A stretch of 64,000 bases of DNA from the human T2T-CHM13v2.0 reference genome, Homo sapiens: NCBI RefSeq assembly GCF_009914755.1, contig NC_060927.1; one strand, written 5' to 3'. The notes under the pieces are model-generated. The model worked only from the letters and a program-made list of their open reading frames with translations, searched no databases and had not been told where the DNA came from. This document shows, piece by piece, positions 58,004 through 64,000 of the stretch (position 1 is the first letter of the stretch; each line of letters opens with the position of its first letter). The translations under genes were made by a program, and so were the position numbers.

Positions 58004-60134
58004 ATACTACTACTACTACTAAGAAGAATTAACTACGTCTCTAGCTTCTCTTTGCAGACTGCCTGAAACAAAGGAGGTTTTTAGGAAATTCAGCTTCATA
58101 CCTGGTGAGATGTTATTTATTTCACAGTGTTAACAGAGGTTACAACTGGGGAATGGCCATGGAAGTGAGAGGAGAAACTTTAATTTTTACTTTTTATACT
58201 CATGCATGATTGGAATTTCTAATCCAACACTTACTGCCTTTGTAATCATACATACAATTTGAAGTGCTTCAAATAATAAAAAATAAGTCACCCATGGCTA
58301 ACATTGCTAATACTTTTTGCACCTCCTTCTAGTCTTTTTCTCTCTCAGGCATATATTTTTATTAGCAACCTTTGAACCGTAATCCATATTTAATTTTCCC
58401 CCCTACTTTTTATTTTAATTTAACATGATGTAGCAAGCACTTTCTCAGGTTATCAATTATTCTTGGGAAACATAGGACTTACAATAGTTGCCTGATATTC
58501 TATCATGAGGATTTATTAGGTTATCCTCCTACTGTTGGCAAACAATTGTTTTTAATTTGGGAAGTACATGAAAAATCACCCATTTAAGATTCTCACTTTC
58601 CAGATGAGAAAACTGCAGTCCAGTGAAGCTAGTCATTTGTCCAAGCATGGCCAGTCGATCCGAGACTTGCTGGGATGGGATCTGGCACTCCTGAAGCCTT
58701 GGCCTCAGCCTCCTGAGCCTCCGCAGGGCGCTTCTGGAACCTAACTGTAGGGCACTGCCTACATTCTTTCTAAATTACATTTTGCAATTTGGGACACATT
58801 ATTCCTGCCTGTCAAGATCATTTTTTATCTTCTGTCATAGAACCATTAGCTAATGAGGGACAGTATAGCCAACATCAGAAATTACAGCTTTTTTCTCTAT
58901 CAAGATGTGCTTCCTAAATCATCTCTATGCCAAGGAAGGGGAAATACTGTCATAGCTCTGATCAGATAATTCCAATAGTCACCAGCAATTACAGGGAAGG
59001 GTGCTAATTAGCAGATCTCAGGCTGTGTTTCTCAGGGATCCCCTGGGTTCTGACATTCTGTAATCAGCATTCCGGCAGGATGCCTGGGCTCTGCCCGAGG
59101 GGCTAGTGCTCACAGGATGGAAGAGGAATAATAATTGGGTGGGGAAAAGAAGGAGAGGAGGGAACTAACATCTGAGGCTGACACGGTGCGCAGCACAGGG
59201 TGGCCTGGCAAAGATGACAGAAGCATTACGGGGAGGGGATCCTGCAGGATAGGACTGGTATGGTTTTGGGGAAAGCAAGTAGATCAGAAGAATCTCCCAT
59301 TTCCTCAAATTAAGGAATACTGTCCCACCCCAAAGCTGTATTATTAAACTCTAATCAGACATGAAGGAATTAATGGTGATAGAGAAGATTATTCTTAGAG
59401 ACCTGAGGCTTATTCTGATTTTTTTCCTTCAAATTTTATGAAACACATTCTATCCAAACTTTACAAATGAGTCTTTGACATCAGTGTCTGTCATTACTAG
59501 AACCATTTCTTGAGTCATCTAGCATAGTTTTTTCCAGACTCTAATGTTTGCTCCCACCTAAGTTATTTGACTTACAACCGCTTCAAAATCTCTGTTTAAA
59601 AATATTGTGGCTTGAGTTTATTCTGCACGGACATTTTTCATGTATTGCTTTTCAGAAAATGCTTAATTCATATGAAGCAGGGACCAGGGAATGTGATGGC
59701 TTCTATTTATGGTTAATGTTAATCCGTTGACCATATGGTAGTGTAAATTTCTTGCGCAAATTCCTTTTACGTGATGTTAAAGCACATTCCCGAACTGCTA
59801 TAATTATGTAATTTATCAATGTGAAAAGTGGACTTTGAGATGTAGTAGTCCAGAGCTAATATGGTGAGCAGTAAGGGAATGCAGTGTGTTTAGCGAGGAG
59901 CTATTTCCGTGGGAAATAAATCTTTTGAGAAAGACTCGTGGATCCCTGGGCTTCACTGTGAGCTGTGCATCCAGGTGATAAGAACTGGATCCCAAGTTCA
60001 GCTCTGACATGAAACACTAGGTGCAACAGACAAGTCCCTTAACCTCTTTGAGACTTAGCATTCTTATCTGTGAATTGAAGTCAGACTAGTTGCATGGTTA
60101 CCGGACTTTGGAGTATCAGTGACCAGTAAGATAT

Positions 60135-60255
60135 TTAAAATTTTGGAATAATTTTAGGTTCACAGGAAAGTTACAAAGATAGATAACTTCCCCTAATGAT
60201 ATCCTTCACCCAGATTTCCTCACTGTTAACATCTTAAGTGACAATAGTGCATTTG

Positions 60256-60295
<40 letters not shown>

Positions 60296-60520
60296 ATTAA
60301 CACAGGTGCAGTACTATTAACTAAATTACAGACTTTATTTGGATTTTCCAAGTTTTTTCATTGAAATCCTTTCTCTGTTTCAGGATCCAATCCAGGATTG
60401 CATTTAGTTATCATGGCTTCTGGGTCTCCTTCATTTTGTGGCCATTTCTCAGTCTTTCTTTAGTATGACCTCAATAGTTTTAAAGAGTACTGGTCAGATA
60501 TATTACAGGATGTCCCAGAC
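60135..60520 (-). mobile_element. L1MC-type 3' UTR fragment
   Basis: ttttggaataattttaggttcacaggaaagttacaaagatag...tgtttcaggatccaatccaggat. Confidence 0.7.
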
Positions 60521-60599
60521 AGTAATTTTTAAAAAGAAAAAAAAAACATTGGAATCTAGGGTTGGCAATTTTTAATTTTGACATGTAAGGTGTATGAAT

Positions 60600-61250
60600 A
60601 AATTCTCAGAGTTGCAAGTAACAGAAAGTCTGTTCAAAGAGAGAATTTCTTGGCCCATGTAACTAAAAAGTCCAGGGGCATATGTGGGTTCAATAGGACA
60701 TTCATACCCAGTTCCATCTTGTTCCTTGGTTTGGTTCTTCTCTCCTTTGAACGGCTGGGTCATTCTCAAGTATGCACTTACCACATAGTTCCAAGATGGC
60801 TGCTGGCAGCCTTCATGGCTATATCCATCCAGGGGTGTGTGTGTGTGTGTGTGTGTTGTGCAAGGGAGCATGTGTGTGCTTGTGGTGGGGGTGGGATGCT
60901 TGCCTCTGTTTCACTTTCCCCACTAAGCTATCTTTGGCTCGGATTTGGCTATCTGCTTATCCCTGAGCCAGAGGGAAAAGATAATCCCATTTCTGCTCTG
61001 ATATGAGGATATATTGCCCAAAGATGTGGTCACCATCTCGTAATCATGAGGGGAGCAAGCTGAGAGCTGCGGAATACACAACAATCTTAAACAGGGACAA
61101 GAACCTGAGTTCTGGGTGATGTCGTTTAGCTGCTGAATTAACCAACCCTACAGCTGGGTTGCTCATATGAAATAAGAAACATCCCTATTGTTTGAGCTTC
61201 TTTTAGTTGGGTTTCAGATTACTTGCAACCAAAAGCATCTTAATGATACA
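60600..61250. mobile_element. MLT1-type LTR fragments around a (TG)n at 60835-60856
   Basis: gttgcaagtaacagaaa...aagatggctgctggcagc; tggtcaccatctcgtaatcatgag...ttacttgcaaccaaaagcatcttaatgataca. Confidence 0.6.
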
Positions 61251-61417
61251 ATGATATTATATCATACCTATTTCCTTGATACAGGTTTCTTTATTGGGCA
61301 TCTGTAGTTGATTGCACAATAAAAAGTGGAGCTTGATATATTCTGGTTCACAGTATTCATCAGAATTATTGTTGAAAACTCCAGCTGCACACAGGCATTT
61401 TGGCAAAACAGAAGTGA

Positions 61418-61717
<300 letters not shown>

Positions 61718-62759
61718 AGAAGTGATACTCTTTAATTTCACACAAAATTGAACGTTAGAGCAATAGCTCCAATGTTTCTTCTCATGAAAGCCAGAAGAAA
61801 ACCATGGGGCAGGCCGGTGAGGGGACAGGAGAGGTCTGCAGGGTGCTCCTCACCCAGAACACGTCTGGACTCAGGCTTCTGCTCATCCAATGGGTATGAT
61901 CTGGAATTGGTCAGAAAGAAACACTTCTGCCTGGAGGACACTTCTCATGACAAACCTCTGGGCACCCTGGATTGAGATGCTCTCTTCCAAGGCCCTTTTC
62001 AACTCAGGCTGGTATTGCTGGATGTACAGGTGTGGAGAACAACAGCAATGGGGACCTTTCTCTCAGTATAATGATCAGCCCATGGCTTCTCCTGAAGGAG
62101 CAACTTTTCGAGGATTAAAGGGGTTATGATTTGGAAATGTATTGCTTCCTTTCCTCTTTCTGCCCTATAAACTCACTCCTTTAGTGATGTCTATGAATAC
62201 TTTTCTATTTGCCCCTCTGGCTTTTTTAAATGAAAACAGTTTCTACTCCTTCCTTCCCTCCCACACACACTTTCTCACGAGCAGATACATACTTACATGA
62301 AACTCTCTGACCTCTTGTGGATCCACATATTTTGGGCATGTACATGAAGCCATTTATAGGGGTTAATCCATGAATCATAGACAGAAGATTCTCATTAGGA
62401 ATGGGCAGTGGCCTCTTTAGGCTTGCATAGTGCTTAACAGTATTAGAAGGTAGAAAACTCAACATTTCATGGGAGGCTTATAGGGTCACAGCAGACGTTG
62501 CATTTTAAAATTAAAAACTCAGATATTGTATTAAGCCCAAGGGGCAATAATCAGAAATGATGGCAGCACTTTGTTCAGGGCCTGGCATCTAGTAAGTTGT
62601 CAAAAACATTTACTGAGAAAGTGAATTACACTCTCCTCCTTCCCTTACCCCTTAGGTTTTCAAGATAAAAAGTTACAAAACAGAGCTTTAGGGAAAATCA
62701 ATTTTATTTCAGGATAAATAGCAAGTATTTCTGGAATGCTAAAAGGTGAAACAAATTTT

Positions 62760-63356
<597 letters not shown>

Positions 63357-64000
63357 GTGAAACAATTTTTAAATTTCTCTGCAGTTAAACTCCAATAGGG
63401 CTATGGAAAATTTCATGCAGATTTGCTGTGTTTCAGTGAATGAAGTTTTGTCTTTGGTGTAAAATCGGCTCCCTTGATTGAGCCCGTGTTAGGGGGCTGC
63501 TGTTTGTTTTCAGCAGCACACACAAAGCCCTCAGGGCCTGGGCACTCACTTCATTGCTGAGAGTCTTAGACTTTCCCTCTTGGTCTCAAATTAGTTTTAC
63601 TGAAACCCTATCTTTATGTGGGTCAGGGCTTCCGTCTTCCTTAAAAACTTTTTTTTTCCTTTAAAAACAAAAACACACCCTCCCATTTCCAGAAATTCCT
63701 GCACTTCTTATTTCCTGTTGGCTTATTTAGGGGCATTTTTTGCTAATGAAGTTTCGAGAGGATTTCTTGAAACAAAGTTATGTAACTTTGCTGATTTCAA
63801 ACTGTCTTTTTTGCTAAATTCTTAACTGTTGAGTCTCTCTGTTTAGAACAGAGGCTTCTTCTTAACTACCGATGGTCATAACAGTGAAACTAGATCTCAG
63901 TTTTGAAGAATGTCAGTGCATTATGCATTTTTTTTCCTTGTCTGATCCCAGACAAAACGATCCTCTTCTTTAAAATGGCTGTTTCAGCCTCCTATTTTAA

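Noticed and set aside
58058-58104. Globin-like motif PETKEVFRKF in one frame
   Set aside because: Too short, wrong exon size, and no other globin helices nearby.
61748-62129. Two overlapping ORFs in unique sequence that looked coding
   Set aside because: No recognisable protein family and no convincing flanking splice sites.

Overview
Primate (almost certainly human) genomic DNA, rich in repeats, with no recognisable intact protein-coding exon. Much of the window is interspersed repeat: about 18 Alus, several old L1s (including a ~12-kb antisense L1M at ~35.4-47.2 kb with nested inserts), L2/MIR, MaLR/ERVL LTRs with internal dUTPase/integrase relics, and hAT/Tc1-mariner DNA elements. The identifiable genes are a full-length processed HMGB3 pseudogene (38675-40238, +) and, inside it, an 80-nt hairpin matching my recollection of hsa-mir-4788. 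That would place the window on chr3q22 between AMOTL2 and ANAPC13 (recalled, not verified). The hairpin arose from a fold-back template switch within the retrocopy. About 5 kb upstream on the same strand is a TATA/MEF2 + Inr + short non-coding exon + strong donor (33572-33707) that could supply a host transcript. Phase-compatible exon-like relics follow at 47.3-48.0 kb. Other notable elements are an orphan SOX-motif-rich CpG island (7.5-8.35 kb), an AP-1/TEAD motif cluster (28.7-28.8 kb), two locally templated insertions and an AT-rich perfect palindrome. Repeat subfamily names are from memory and repeat boundaries are approximate unless TSDs are quoted.
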